Shown: in pieces, positions 11,965-22,192 of the stretch
Numbering within the stretch: the stretch's first letter is position 1
How the letters are laid out: each line of letters begins with the position of its first letter
Assembly (NCBI GenBank): GCA_000091205.1
Contig: AP006497.2
DNA length: 64,000 nt
Origin: Cyanidioschyzon merolae
Lineage: Eukaryota
Reading direction: 5' to 3' (one strand)
The notes under the pieces: model-generated
What the model saw: only the letters and a program-made list of their open reading frames with translations
What the model was told of the DNA's origin: nothing
The model's database searches: none
Made by a program: the position numbers and the translations under genes

Positions 11965-11966
11965 CT
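11904..11966. repeat. (GCCT)n / (CCTG)n tetranucleotide microsatellite of about 15.5 units, 170-270 bp upstream of the GST-like gene start.
   Basis: Perfect gcctgcctgcct… run seen directly in the sequence. Confidence 0.95.
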
Positions 11967-12302
11967 TCTCGCTACTGCTGAACAGCGTTTCGCGCCACGT
12001 GTGGTGGATGAGCTTAGGCGCTGCTCGATCAATGTTTACGCCAAGAGCTACCCGCATTGCTCTGTGGCTTGCAAACCCGGATGCTGGCCGACCGCATGGG
12101 TCCAGTACGTGCTGCTGCCAGATGAAGATCGAAGAACGAGTAGTTTTGGTGTTTAGGGTTCTCGGAATGGAGGCTCATTCCTGGTAGCGTTCATTAGAGA
12201 TTCGCAAAAGAAGCCGCCGATGATTTCAGGGCTGGGTTGAGCGTCTTTTGCGCGCTAGATGACAGGCGTATGCAGAGGTATCCACCATCAAGCACCCTTC
12301 GG

Positions 12303-12698
12303 GACCTCAGTAGTCACCATTCGAAAAGCAACCATCAGCGTGGATGACGCAAGTGCACATATTCCCCGAAGCAGCAGCACCAGCACAAGCAGCAGAGCGC
12401 GCATCCTTGCATACAGATGCAAGAGAATCATCCAGCGCACCGCATTCCGCGGGCACTTGCGTTGTGGTGCCCGCTGTCCATTCGTTGCACGCCAGCAATA
12501 CCATTGAGAGCGATTGTTTCGCAGCCCCAGGTCCCGATTTATGACAACGCTCAGCTCCAGTGCGTGTATGGGCACTGCCAGTCTCAAGTGTGGCATGGAA
12601 TCTGACGCCCTCAACGACCCAGAGGAGGCGCTCTGTAGGAGTCGTCGTCGCCACTGCGTTCGGTGCCAAGCACGCACGCATCATGCGCGTGCGCGTAC
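12303..12698. repeat. Right arm of the inverted repeat pair (partner 6544-6937).
   Basis: See the left arm; the reverse complement aligns at about 96% identity. Confidence 0.9.
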
Positions 12699-12954
12699 CT
12701 TCTAGGCACAAGGTCCAGCGAATCGGATGCGCACACGGGTCCAGTGCGCTCTCTGCGCCTACCCACTGTGGTGGGTGTCAAGCACAAACCCGCATTGCCA
12801 ACCGACAACGCATTCCATGCATGATCACGAAGGAGAGAGGCCGCTCCCAGGATTCATCCTAACAGCCAAGTTTCTCCAGCGTGTCGTGCAGCGAAGGCAA
12901 GCCTGCATCCGCAGACTGTCTGAGCACAAACTGACGACGAGACCCGATTCTACG

Positions 12955-13250
12955 TCGTGTAAACCACGCTTCGAGCCGACGCCCTCTGTGGTATAGAAAA
13001 GCTATTCTAGCTCTATGAACTATCTGCTCCAGCGGTTCAGGCGCAAAGGCGGATGATTAGGGTAGGTACTAGACACACCCGATAGGGCATATGAGACGAC
13101 CAGAATATCCGAGAAGAAGTATAGGTAATGTAACTTGGGAGTAGGAGGTTGATGGATACTTCACCTCGCACTGAAAAACCCAAAAAGAAAAGAAAAATGC
13201 GCATAATCGGAGAACGCTGGCCTATGGAAACGTTTCGTCAATGAAAAAAA
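12955..13250. repeat. Copy 2 of the roughly 300-bp dispersed repeat family (copy 1 at 1250-1565), in the same orientation, about 260 bp outside the right IR arm.
   Basis: Alignment to 1262-1560; the ends are well conserved and the middle is diverged. Confidence 0.6.
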
Positions 13251-13429
13251 ATGTGCATGCGCGCCGTCGCCGCGTCGCTGCGTGCGTGCCCCGTCATCGA
13301 TGCCGTGCACGCGGTAGCGCTGAACGCTCTAGCGAGCGAGGCAGCAGCGTCTTCATTCCTTCTTTGTGACAGAGGCACCGCGCTACCTTCATACGTCTTG
13401 ATCTGGTTACCTCACAACGTGCATAGCGT

Positions 13430-14287
13430 TTGAAACTGCACTCGTATCCTACTTACAAAGGACGTGGCGGCGTGAGAGGAAAAGCAGTGGCACGGACGCG
13501 ATCCCGCGAGATGGATACCACCGCCAGCTACCACGTGTTGCTGGTGTTGCTCTCCGTTGAGACTTTTCTCTTCTTTGCAGTTATTGCACAGACAGCAGTG
13601 CAGGAGCCGCTCGCACACGGGAAAATCGCCCGCTTTTTTGGCCTTGCTTTTCTGTCAGAGTCGGTTGCGGGCCTCGCACTTGCAGTTACGCCACTGCTGC
13701 GCGGAAGCGTGTTCCTGCTGGACCTTTTTGCGCTGATCGCTGTTGTGGCGATATGGGCGGGCGCCGCTGTTGCAATCATTGGTGCGGCACACGTTGTTTT
13801 TCCAGAGGATGCGAGACGGGAAGTTCGGGTAGCTCTGGTCGTGCTGTTTGCGTTTGTGTTCGCGTTCGGAACCGCGCGTCTCTATGTCGCAGTAAGTGCC
13901 GCGACACCGGCTTTGCCCCTCTGGTCCACAGACTCGCTGCGGGTGTCTGTTGCGGTTAGCCAGGGCGCTATGGCCAGCGTGGGTGCTGCTTGTGTCCTGC
14001 GAGCGCTGGCTCGACCGAAAATACGGGGCCGGAACGGGGCTTCAGTTTTGCTCCTGGGAACCTTGGTTTGCCTTGTAGGTTCAGTGATTTGGACATGGCT
14101 GTTAGGCAAATGCGAGTTGTCGCAGACGTTGGACAAGGAAGATGTACGGTGTCCGCTTCCACCGGTGTTCGATCACAACGCTCTTTACTGTCTGTTTCTT
14201 ATTGCAGGCAATATTCTGAGTGCAGAAGGCGTCCTGCGTCTTATGGCTGTCGGGGACGGCGCGTTGAACTATGCAGAGATTCCCTGA
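13430..14287 (+). CDS. Hypothetical multi-pass membrane protein with about 6-7 predicted TM helices. The start is possibly the internal Met (MDTTASYHVLL).
   Basis: Successive hydrophobic 20-aa stretches (LLVLLSVETFLFFAVIA, LFALIAVVAIWAGAAVAIIGA, VALVVLFAFVFAFGTARLYVAV, VLLLGTLVCLVGSVIWTWLLG). No family recognised. Confidence 0.45.
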   Translation: MKLHSYPTYKGRGGVRGKAVARTRSREMDTTASYHVLLVLLSVETFLFFAVIAQTAVQEPLAHGKIARFFGLAFLSESVAGLALAVTPLLRGSVFLLDLFALIAVVAIWAGAAVAIIGAAHVVFPEDARREVRVALVVLFAFVFAFGTARLYVAVSAATPALPLWSTDSLRVSVAVSQGAMASVGAACVLRALARPKIRGRNGASVLLLGTLVCLVGSVIWTWLLGKCELSQTLDKEDVRCPLPPVFDHNALYCLFLIAGNILSAEGVLRLMAVGDGALNYAEIP

Positions 14288-14856
14288 AGGGCATTGCACT
14301 CCGTTCGCCCTCCGGTGATCCTAAGTCGACTGCTTACCGGTTCCATTGAGCGACAGGGTACATCAGCGAACGATAAAAAATGCATCGTGCCCGTGAGTCG
14401 CGCGCTAAAGACGCTTGGAAACTGCGTCGTACATTGTCGCCCAATGGGCAGCTGCTTGGTTTCGACGCTTGACCGACAATTGGAACCGTACCGCGCTGCG
14501 GGCGTGCATGTGGGTACCTGTTTGTGCGGGCCTTGCGTTCGTCTGGAGACAGGCATGCCGAACATGAAACCAGCCTGTTAGCAGGCTACCGTGTGGAGTC
14601 GCTATCGGACTCGCTGCGATTCCCGGACACAACGCGGCCCGTGTTCTTTTTCGCTGCGAATGCGAGGAATAACACAACCGCTTTGAGGCATCGCAAAACC
14701 AGGCTAGGAGAGTCAAAAGCTACTGACTACCGTCCAGGACGCAGTAAACACTCTCTAGTACTCTTTCTGGTAGAACTAGGGCAGATCGCTGCCTAGTTCA
14801 TTAGCCGCCATTAAGAGGCGCTCGGTATGTTCCCCGGGGAGGCGTGCGGGGTAACC

Positions 14857-15637
14857 CGATGACGAAAGCGAATTTTTCCATGATGAAACAAGTACCGGAA
14901 GGAATGCGCAGTTTGCATATACTGTCGAGACATACCGATCGATCTACGCTCCCCTTGTGCAGAGCGATGACCCAAGCTCCTCTGCAGGATATCGCTGGGT
15001 CCACAGCACGCCGTGCTCAAGATGCTTTTCTTTGCAAGCACTGGAGACAGGAGTCTCTGGAGGCACGTCCCGTGAGCGGTTTCGTTCGGCTGTGGACTGC
15101 CGTTTCTTCCACAGCGACAAAGGGATGAGGATTTGTGTCTCGAACCGGATCGATTGCTTGCTGACGTTCCAGGTCCAGGGAGTATGCGGCGCGCGCTCCT
15201 GAACACGTCCTCAAGCCACGTCGTCGAGTTTTGGTCTCTCGTCTATCCAGCGGCGTGCACGACCGCGCCCTCGACTTGCCCTGAACTCGAAAGATCCACA
15301 GCATGAAACATGTGTGATTTGCGCACAGTACACGTCATGACATGGGAAGCGTGGCGGCGTGTCCGTATGAACTGCATCACGATAGCGGTTGGTTAGGATT
15401 CCTTGCTCCAGCGTGTCGAGAATCAGCGTGCCTGCTGTAGCATACCGAGAATCCGGCGGCAAAGAGACGATGGAGCCAGTCCGAAAAGGCATCGAAGCAC
15501 CCTAAATTTACGTATGAACCCGAAAGCCCATCTTGCAGCACTGAGCGTGTCGAGTCTATATACCTACAACATTGGACGGGAGCAAAACAATCGAGTCGCA
15601 GAAACAGTGAGGAGTAGAGCGCTCCACCGTCTTCTGA
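14857..15637. repeat. Copy A of a roughly 780-bp direct repeat pair (copy B at 22193-22967).
   Basis: Nucleotide identity is about 97-98% over the full length. Identical overlapping ORFs appear in several frames in both copies (for example MFRSARRILPGPGTSASNRSGSRH…). Confidence 0.9.
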
Positions 15638-15805
15638 CACGAGAGTTGTTCGCGTTCGCAAGCCCTGCAACGGCGGGTTCTCAGCCAGAACCGGCGGTGG
15701 ATCTTGCTCTTCTGCCATAGCGTACTCGTTCAAGTGACAAAAACACGTGCCAGTTGCGTGCGTTTCTCTGTCGCTTCTTGACAGCGGTGCTTACACCCTG
15801 GACTT

Positions 15806-17194
15806 TTGCTCTGCTTCGTGTTACTCGTGGGTACGGAAAACCAGGGCTGTAACAAGAACGCATTTCCCTACGACCTGTCTGTGTTGGGGAAGCTGCTGGG
15901 CGAGGACGCTGCAGCACCCGGTTCAACGCAGGTGAGCGCTCTCGTCTTGACGCCTTGGAGCATGCAACCAGGCACCGAAGATGATCCGCTTCCGTACTCT
16001 GAAGCAGTAGTTGAGCCACTTACTCTAGAGTATGAAGCTCCAGAGCACGACACTATGCTGGGAAACGGAGAAGCGGCGCGAGCGGGCAGTGCGGGAACCC
16101 CAAGCCGCCCAGCGCATCCCGAGGATGCAGTCAGTTTTCGTTTTGATCCCAAAGTTTGGGAGCAGGTGCACCTGAAGGATGAGAGCAACTTGATTTTTTA
16201 CGAGGGCGGCCTCGACGACGAAAACGACGGCACAGCTGGAGGTTTCGACGAGATTCAGGAGCAGTTTCGGGAATCCGAGGAAATACAGGCCTCTGGGGCG
16301 CATACTCAGTCAAACTCGGCGGAGCACAGTTGTATGAGCGCGCCGTTCTACTTCTTATGGGGTATAATGCTACGCATTCTCCAACCTTATTTCGAAATCG
16401 ATAGTAGCGATGTGATGCTCCGCTTGAGCCGCTCATTCGTACCTATTCGACCACTGCTCGCCGGCGAGCATCACCAGATGAATATGGTATTGCGCCTGCA
16501 CAAAATATGGACCAGGATTCGCCAGTTTTCTCAGGCGCGTTCGCCGGAAACCGCTGAAACTAATGCGACTATCGACAGTGATATCAGCGACGACGAGTGG
16601 ACCTACTCGAGGAGAGCGGACTTGTATGGGCCGTTCTGGATCGCGACCACCTTGATCCTGTTACTCTCGCTGAGCGGGACAGTTTCTCACCTGCTTCATC
16701 GTGCCTCGGTGCATGCTGTACAGACAGCAAAGGCGTCTACAGCTGTGAAACCGGTTTGGAAGACCTCTGAGATTATCCGCCTAACCGTTTCAGCAGCGAT
16801 TATCTATGGATACGAGCTTCTGGCCGCCACTGTGCTTTGGGCGCTGCGGCTTGTTTATCGTTCGCAGGGCCAAGTACCGCCCTGGACTACCATGTTGTGC
16901 GTTGTAGGGTATGCTCAGGGCCCGCTGGTACCGGCGTCATTGCTTGCGCTGTTTCCCTATCAGTTCTTTCAGTTTGTTGTTATGGTTGTTGCTTTTGCCC
17001 TTAGCGTGGGTTTTTTGGCGCGCAACCTGCTAATTGAGCCACTGGCCGGCGCCGATACTAGTCTGGATGCTGGTGAAGCCACGATTACGGAACCTATCTG
17101 GTTGTTGAAGCAGCGTGCACTCGTGCCGGCGCTTGTAGCTGGCTTGCTCCAGATCGGCTTTGCGATCTGGTGCGTACTCTTCATCATTCTGTAA
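15806..17194 (+). CDS. Yip1-domain family membrane protein, with an acidic cytosolic N-region and a C-terminal 5-TM bundle.
   Basis: DLYGPFWIATTLILL motif (the DLYGP hallmark of the Yip1/YIF1 family), a GY motif (VVGYAQGP), and five C-terminal hydrophobic helices. Confidence 0.55.
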   Translation: MLCFVLLVGTENQGCNKNAFPYDLSVLGKLLGEDAAAPGSTQVSALVLTPWSMQPGTEDDPLPYSEAVVEPLTLEYEAPEHDTMLGNGEAARAGSAGTPSRPAHPEDAVSFRFDPKVWEQVHLKDESNLIFYEGGLDDENDGTAGGFDEIQEQFRESEEIQASGAHTQSNSAEHSCMSAPFYFLWGIMLRILQPYFEIDSSDVMLRLSRSFVPIRPLLAGEHHQMNMVLRLHKIWTRIRQFSQARSPETAETNATIDSDISDDEWTYSRRADLYGPFWIATTLILLLSLSGTVSHLLHRASVHAVQTAKASTAVKPVWKTSEIIRLTVSAAIIYGYELLAATVLWALRLVYRSQGQVPPWTTMLCVVGYAQGPLVPASLLALFPYQFFQFVVMVVAFALSVGFLARNLLIEPLAGADTSLDAGEATITEPIWLLKQRALVPALVAGLLQIGFAIWCVLFIIL

Positions 17195-17633
17195 ATGGGA
17201 AAACGCTGAAAACCATATCGGAATCCGAGTATGTGACGAAAAGCGGTGTTTGAACGGGTCCGGAGACGATTCAGGAAGCAAGCAATGCAATGCATTTGGA
17301 TGCTAATGATATCTATGTTTTGACATCGTTGGCCTTCATGCACGCACTAGAATTCCGGTGCGAGGAAGCGGCTCGGGGTCCGTTCTCACTGCAGCTGCAG
17401 TGTCGATTGGATCGAGTCCTTCCGTACAAACAGAAGCGACTCATGGCTGCTGGAGAATGCACTGGTCCTCTGAGCGCGGGCGACACCGGCCCCCAGAAGA
17501 AACAACAACAGAAGACAGAGATGACAGGGAATAGCTCCATTAGCTTTTCTAGATTAGAGACAAAACGTATGGAGTGCCTTGCCGCCGTTGTCTTAGAACG
17601 CTGTTCCGCAGGGGCGTCGGCATCGACAGCCTA

Positions 17634-17825
17634 CGGCGTCTTCGATGCCCCTTGCAGACCAAGAATGCGTGACCGCCCGCTGGTATAGGGCGCTGTAGCA
17701 ACTACTTGGAGCGTCTTCGATGCCCCTTGCAGACCAAGAATGCGTGACCGCCCGCTGGTATAGGGCGCTGTAGCAACTGCTTGGAGCGTCTTCGATGCCC
17801 CTTGCAGACCAAGAATGCGTGACCA
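17634..17825. repeat. 75-bp minisatellite of about 2.6 tandem copies, roughly 470 bp upstream of the PMS1 start.
   Basis: Unit ggagcgtcttcgatgccccttgcagaccaagaatgcgtgaccgcccgctggtatagggcgctgtagcaact(a/g)cttg repeated head-to-tail. The 75-bp period also shows as repeated 25-aa blocks in the ORF track. Confidence 0.9.
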
Positions 17826-18294
17826 CATAACGACGGTGGCCATAGTAGCTGGCGACCGGGCGCCAGTGACAAGTAGACTCGAGGAGTTTTCATGAACAAG
17901 CGTCTTGTTCCGGGGACTGCTGCTTCCTATCCCCCATATACATCCGTATTCCGAAAGAAGCTTCCCATTGGTTTTCGATCACCAAACGCATCTATACATC
18001 TATCAAGTCTAGTATGGGACTGTCCCATCGCGCGTCATGAGCATCGGACATTGCGACTTCATCCTGTGTGGTAGAGCGTGAGCGCCAGAGACACAATGTC
18101 CAGATTTGTGCGCTTTCAAAAAACGCAGCGTTTCGTACCCGGACAACGACCACACCACCAGGAGCGTTTCTCGACCAGTGAGTCGAGCGCCTGCACAAAC
18201 TGGGTTACTCTTCGTCTTTGGAAACAAGAGCAATATGTTTTCTGTATCCTAATGGCGTCGAACGCCCTGTCAACGGCTGCTTTCTTATACCTTC

Positions 18295-20787
18295 ATGCTC
18301 CAGACGCTACCGCCTGAAGTGGTGCGCCACCTCACCAGCGCTCCCGTGGTAACAAGTCTAGCCAGTGTTACCAAGGAACTGGTTGAAAATGCACTGGATG
18401 CAGAGGCAACCCAAATCAGTGTCTTTCTCTCTGGATATGGCCTGGAGTTCATCGAAGTAAGCGACGATGGCTGCGGAATCGCCAAACAGGACCTTGAGCA
18501 GCTCGCGCAACTCCACACAACCTCAAAGCTTCGAGCTTTCGCGGAACTATCGAGCATATCTACGTACGGGTTTCGCGGCCAGGCTCTAGCATCACTGGCT
18601 ATGACGGGTCGACTGGAGATTTCATCACGACCGCGAGATCGGGACGCCTCGGCGGTACCTGGCGTCGCTTTTCGTGCTAGGTACCAGGCTGGTAGGCGCA
18701 TCTCTGACCTGGAGCCCGAGGCGCGTCCCTATGGTACGACGGTGCGCGTATATGAACTCTTTGCATCCATGCCCGTTCGTAGACGGGAGGCAGAGTCTCA
18801 GAAAAAACGAGAACTTCAAAAGGCAATTCAAATCCTGCAGACGTATGCGTTAGCGGCGCCCACGGTGCGCTTTTCGGTTCAGTGGACGCCGAAAGGTCGC
18901 GAACGTCCAACGCTCTGCCTAGCCACACAGGGCAAATGCACGCTCCGTTCGTGCTTCAGCCTGTTGTACGGTGCGGAACAGCTCACGAAGCTGGTGGACC
19001 TCGCGGTAATTGTAAAGTGGCCCACACCGCTGCCCGGTGCCTGCACAGAACCTGAACTCCACATGCGGGGCCTCCTGAGCCGATGTTACCCAGCAGCAGG
19101 GCGCTCTGCCCCAGATCGACAGATGTTGCTACTGCAGGCAAAGCGGCCGGTGCAGTGGACCAGAATGCGCCGAATGTTGGACTCGGAGTTTCGCCAACGA
19201 ACGTGCACTTCGCTCTACCCTGTTTACGTGTTGGCCATCGACCTGCCACCAGATACCTTCGACGTCAATGCGAGTCCCGACAAAACCGAGGTCCTCATTC
19301 ACGACGATGCAGCGGTGGTTGCCTCGGTTCGGGAGGCATTGCGTACATCATGGACACAGGTGGCTGACGTCCGCACCAGGGCCCCATTCTCGGTGCAGAC
19401 TGGAAAGTGCGCCGATGCGCGAGCGAAAGCCCCCGACGATCATCTGCGAGCTGCTCAACTAGCGAATCAGCTGGAATGGTCTGTCACCACAGAACAGAAG
19501 CGAGACACTAGTCAGAGGCTTGTCACAGATGCGAGACCCGCATGCGTCAAGGAAAGTGCTACATCGACGCTCGCTGCGTCGGAAACGACGCTGTCGTCGT
19601 CAGGGATGAGCGCGGGAGTTTGCGTCGCCTCGAGAGCTGAAGTAGAGGCTGCGTCCTTCATCGTCGACCATGTGAAGCCGCACACAACCGAACAGCCATT
19701 CCGTGAATCCCTGCAAGCATCCTCGGCGGCGGTTGCGGCGACGACGGGAGCCCATGAACAATGGGAAACAGCTGAGCCACTTGCTCAGCGATGGACGCAT
19801 CACAACGCTGAGGCTGCCTCTAGCGGAACGGAGTCCTCGGGCACGATTCATAGAAGCGCGGATACGATCCTGAGTGGTGTGAGCGGTGTCAACAGCCACG
19901 AGCACGATCGTGTAGTCGCTCGCGCGTCTGGTGCGTCCATGGAGCGCTGGCTCGCAGTCCACGTCGTAATCGATCCTTTCCAGTGGACGTCATCTGCGAA
20001 TATCTCTCGCAGCTCAGGTTGCGCCCGCGATGCCGACTTGCCGCATGTGGAGCCTATCATTCGTGCCCGTGTTGGTGAGCGTTTGCAATTGGCGTGCCTC
20101 TTGGAAGCCAGTACTCCGAATACGACGGAGGATTGCGTCACAGAATCAAGCACTGAGGCAGACCGGGAACTAGAACAGCGATTTCACAAGCATTGGTTCG
20201 AAGAGATGCGTATCATCGGTCAGTTCAACTGCGGTTTCATCCTCGCAACCTATGGTTCCGACCTTTTCATCATCGATCAGCACGCGGCTGACGAAAAGTA
20301 CATCTATGAGTCATTGGCGAGGGCATTGCGTCCGCGTACACAGAGCATGCTCCAGCCACTTTCGATACCCGCTTCGGCCTCGGAAGAGCTCACGCTCTGG
20401 GAACAGCGCGAAAACCTGGCAGCGCTTGGGTTCGAGCTCGAGTTTCGGTGGAGTGCGCCTCCCACGGAGCGTGTCTGGATGTTGGGAGCTCCCACGGTAT
20501 GTCAGACGGTGCTGGAAGCAACCGACTTGCTAGAGATTGCGCATCAAGCACCGCTCACTGGTCGGGTTGCCGACCTGCTGCGTGCCAGTCGAGTGAAGTT
20601 GCTGCTTGCGACTCGCGCTTGTCGTCGAGCAGTGATGATCGGGATGCCGCTGGATCGTACCCACATGCAGAGTATTGTTGCTCGTTTGGCGACGCTGGAG
20701 CAGCCGTGGAACTGCCCACACGGACGACCGACAATGCGTCATTTAGTACGGGTCTCCGAAATCGGGTTCCGCAGGGCGGTCACCTGA
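18295..20787 (+). CDS. PMS1: DNA mismatch repair protein of the PMS1/PMS2 class (eukaryotic MutL homolog carrying the endonuclease motif), 830 aa, single exon.
   Basis: GHKL ATPase motifs KELVENALDAEAT, EVSDDGCGI and TYGFRGQALASL. A long disordered linker. A C-terminal dimerisation/endonuclease domain with FIIDQHAADEKYIYESL (DQHA(X)2E(X)4E). Confidence 0.9.
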   Translation: MLQTLPPEVVRHLTSAPVVTSLASVTKELVENALDAEATQISVFLSGYGLEFIEVSDDGCGIAKQDLEQLAQLHTTSKLRAFAELSSISTYGFRGQALASLAMTGRLEISSRPRDRDASAVPGVAFRARYQAGRRISDLEPEARPYGTTVRVYELFASMPVRRREAESQKKRELQKAIQILQTYALAAPTVRFSVQWTPKGRERPTLCLATQGKCTLRSCFSLLYGAEQLTKLVDLAVIVKWPTPLPGACTEPELHMRGLLSRCYPAAGRSAPDRQMLLLQAKRPVQWTRMRRMLDSEFRQRTCTSLYPVYVLAIDLPPDTFDVNASPDKTEVLIHDDAAVVASVREALRTSWTQVADVRTRAPFSVQTGKCADARAKAPDDHLRAAQLANQLEWSVTTEQKRDTSQRLVTDARPACVKESATSTLAASETTLSSSGMSAGVCVASRAEVEAASFIVDHVKPHTTEQPFRESLQASSAAVAATTGAHEQWETAEPLAQRWTHHNAEAASSGTESSGTIHRSADTILSGVSGVNSHEHDRVVARASGASMERWLAVHVVIDPFQWTSSANISRSSGCARDADLPHVEPIIRARVGERLQLACLLEASTPNTTEDCVTESSTEADRELEQRFHKHWFEEMRIIGQFNCGFILATYGSDLFIIDQHAADEKYIYESLARALRPRTQSMLQPLSIPASASEELTLWEQRENLAALGFELEFRWSAPPTERVWMLGAPTVCQTVLEATDLLEIAHQAPLTGRVADLLRASRVKLLLATRACRRAVMIGMPLDRTHMQSIVARLATLEQPWNCPHGRPTMRHLVRVSEIGFRRAVT

Positions 20788-20856
20788 TACCTGGGCAATG
20801 CAGATAGATCGTTTGCAGACGATGTATACGGTATGCATGAAGTAACCCGACTTTAG

Positions 20857-21195
20857 ATGCACTCCAGACGAGTGCTGGTTGTATTGGGTCTGCGTGCGAA
20901 TGCAGTGCGGGTTACGAAGGTAGAATCCTTTATGTTTTGTCGTGAAGATTTTCGCCGGCTCGTCTCGCGATGCGTAAAGTTTATGTCAAGAGAAGGGGAC
21001 GAGCCTCATCGAAATGAGGCGCGAACTACTTCTACTTCTACTGATGCTGCTGCTGCTGGTGGTGGCGGTGGCGGCGGTGGCGGTGCTAGGTGCATTGCAT
21101 TCCGGGCCAGATATCGCTATTTAGAACCCGAGTTTCCGTCCTGGAAACTATGCGACAAGATCTCTGAAGACCATGATGAGTGCTCTGTGCATTGA
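20857..21195 (+). CDS. Small ORF with a poly-Ala/poly-Gly tract encoded by (GCT)5(GGY)9. Doubtful as a gene.
   Basis: The ORF sits just downstream of PMS1. It is low-complexity and no family was recognised. Confidence 0.15.
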   Translation: MHSRRVLVVLGLRANAVRVTKVESFMFCREDFRRLVSRCVKFMSREGDEPHRNEARTTSTSTDAAAAGGGGGGGGGARCIAFRARYRYLEPEFPSWKLCDKISEDHDECSVH

Positions 21196-22192
21196 CGCAA
21201 GCCAGAGTACGTTCCACGGATGTCAAGGAGGATTGTTCGACCTCAAAACAAACCGTGCTCTGCGCTTTGAACGGAGCACGCTGCAGTGGGTTGCACGGGT
21301 ACATGAAATCAATGTTGGACCTGAAGCAAAATGTTCTTTCGTGCCTGTAATCCAATTCACCCGGTACGAGCGGAATAAGGCGTCTGGGTCTCAGCCGTCG
21401 TAGAAAGGCAGACAGCAAGCTCGATAACCTCGTCGCAGTGCAGACTATGTATGCGCTTACTTCACAAAATATTTAGCGTCACAGACAAGTCATGCTTTTG
21501 TGCCAAAATCGTAGGAAAAAGTTCGATTGCGTTTCCTAAAGAACCAATTCGAGTATCACGAAACAGGTTTATCCAACGCATCCTCACAATCGTGGCAGAA
21601 TGAAGTGAAACGATTTCAACCAGCCTATTCTGGCGTTCAAATGAGTGGTTGAGTATATCCGGCTGTTACCAAAACTGGTCTTTGCGCGCTCGTTCGGTAA
21701 TGTCTTTCGTATACCTTCGGCAAGCTTCTGCGCTGGGTGTGCAGGTCTCCTGTGTCATTCGAGCTTCGGTTTCAGTAGTGGATGGATATTGATGGCAACG
21801 GTAGTGGTACGATGCCGCAATTTCGAGTTGCTGTCGAGGCATTTCATGCACAGAAGGTAGTTGCGATCAACGTTTTGCTCGCCATGATCATCTTCATTGC
21901 AGACAGCTTCGGTGGGCGCTTTGTACCGCTGACGCATGCCTGTGATAAGGTGCCCCCATATGTCCATCGTGCCTCCGTTCCCGATAGCCGCCCTGGGTCG
22001 CGTCAAGGCCAGCATCATCGCTCAGGAACCGTCCTCGAAGCGTACAGAAGGTGTCAGTGGATACCCGCTCCCGTTTCCGCGCCCGTTGCCGTGCCCTACA
22101 ACCATGTGCTTCTTCTGGGGGATCCACTCCTCGAGTACGCTCTCCACTGCACACGAAAGCGCATGATGTGCTTTGCAGTTGTGGATTTGCAG

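Noticed and set aside
15120-15160. tRNA-like T-arm motif (ctcgaaccgg / ccggttcgag) inside the 780-bp repeat
   Set aside because: No acceptor or anticodon stems can be folded around it. It is a chance match.
14811-15304. Multiple ORFs in all frames inside the 780-bp direct repeat (duplicated again at 22022-22632)
   Set aside because: The ORFs overlap one another on both strands and I recognised no family or motif. Their identity between copies reflects recent duplication, not selection, so I annotated them as repeat, not CDS.
20448-20807. 119-aa + ORF overlapping the 3' end of PMS1 in another frame
   Set aside because: It overlaps the conserved MutL C-terminal domain coding frame. It is an alternate-frame artefact.
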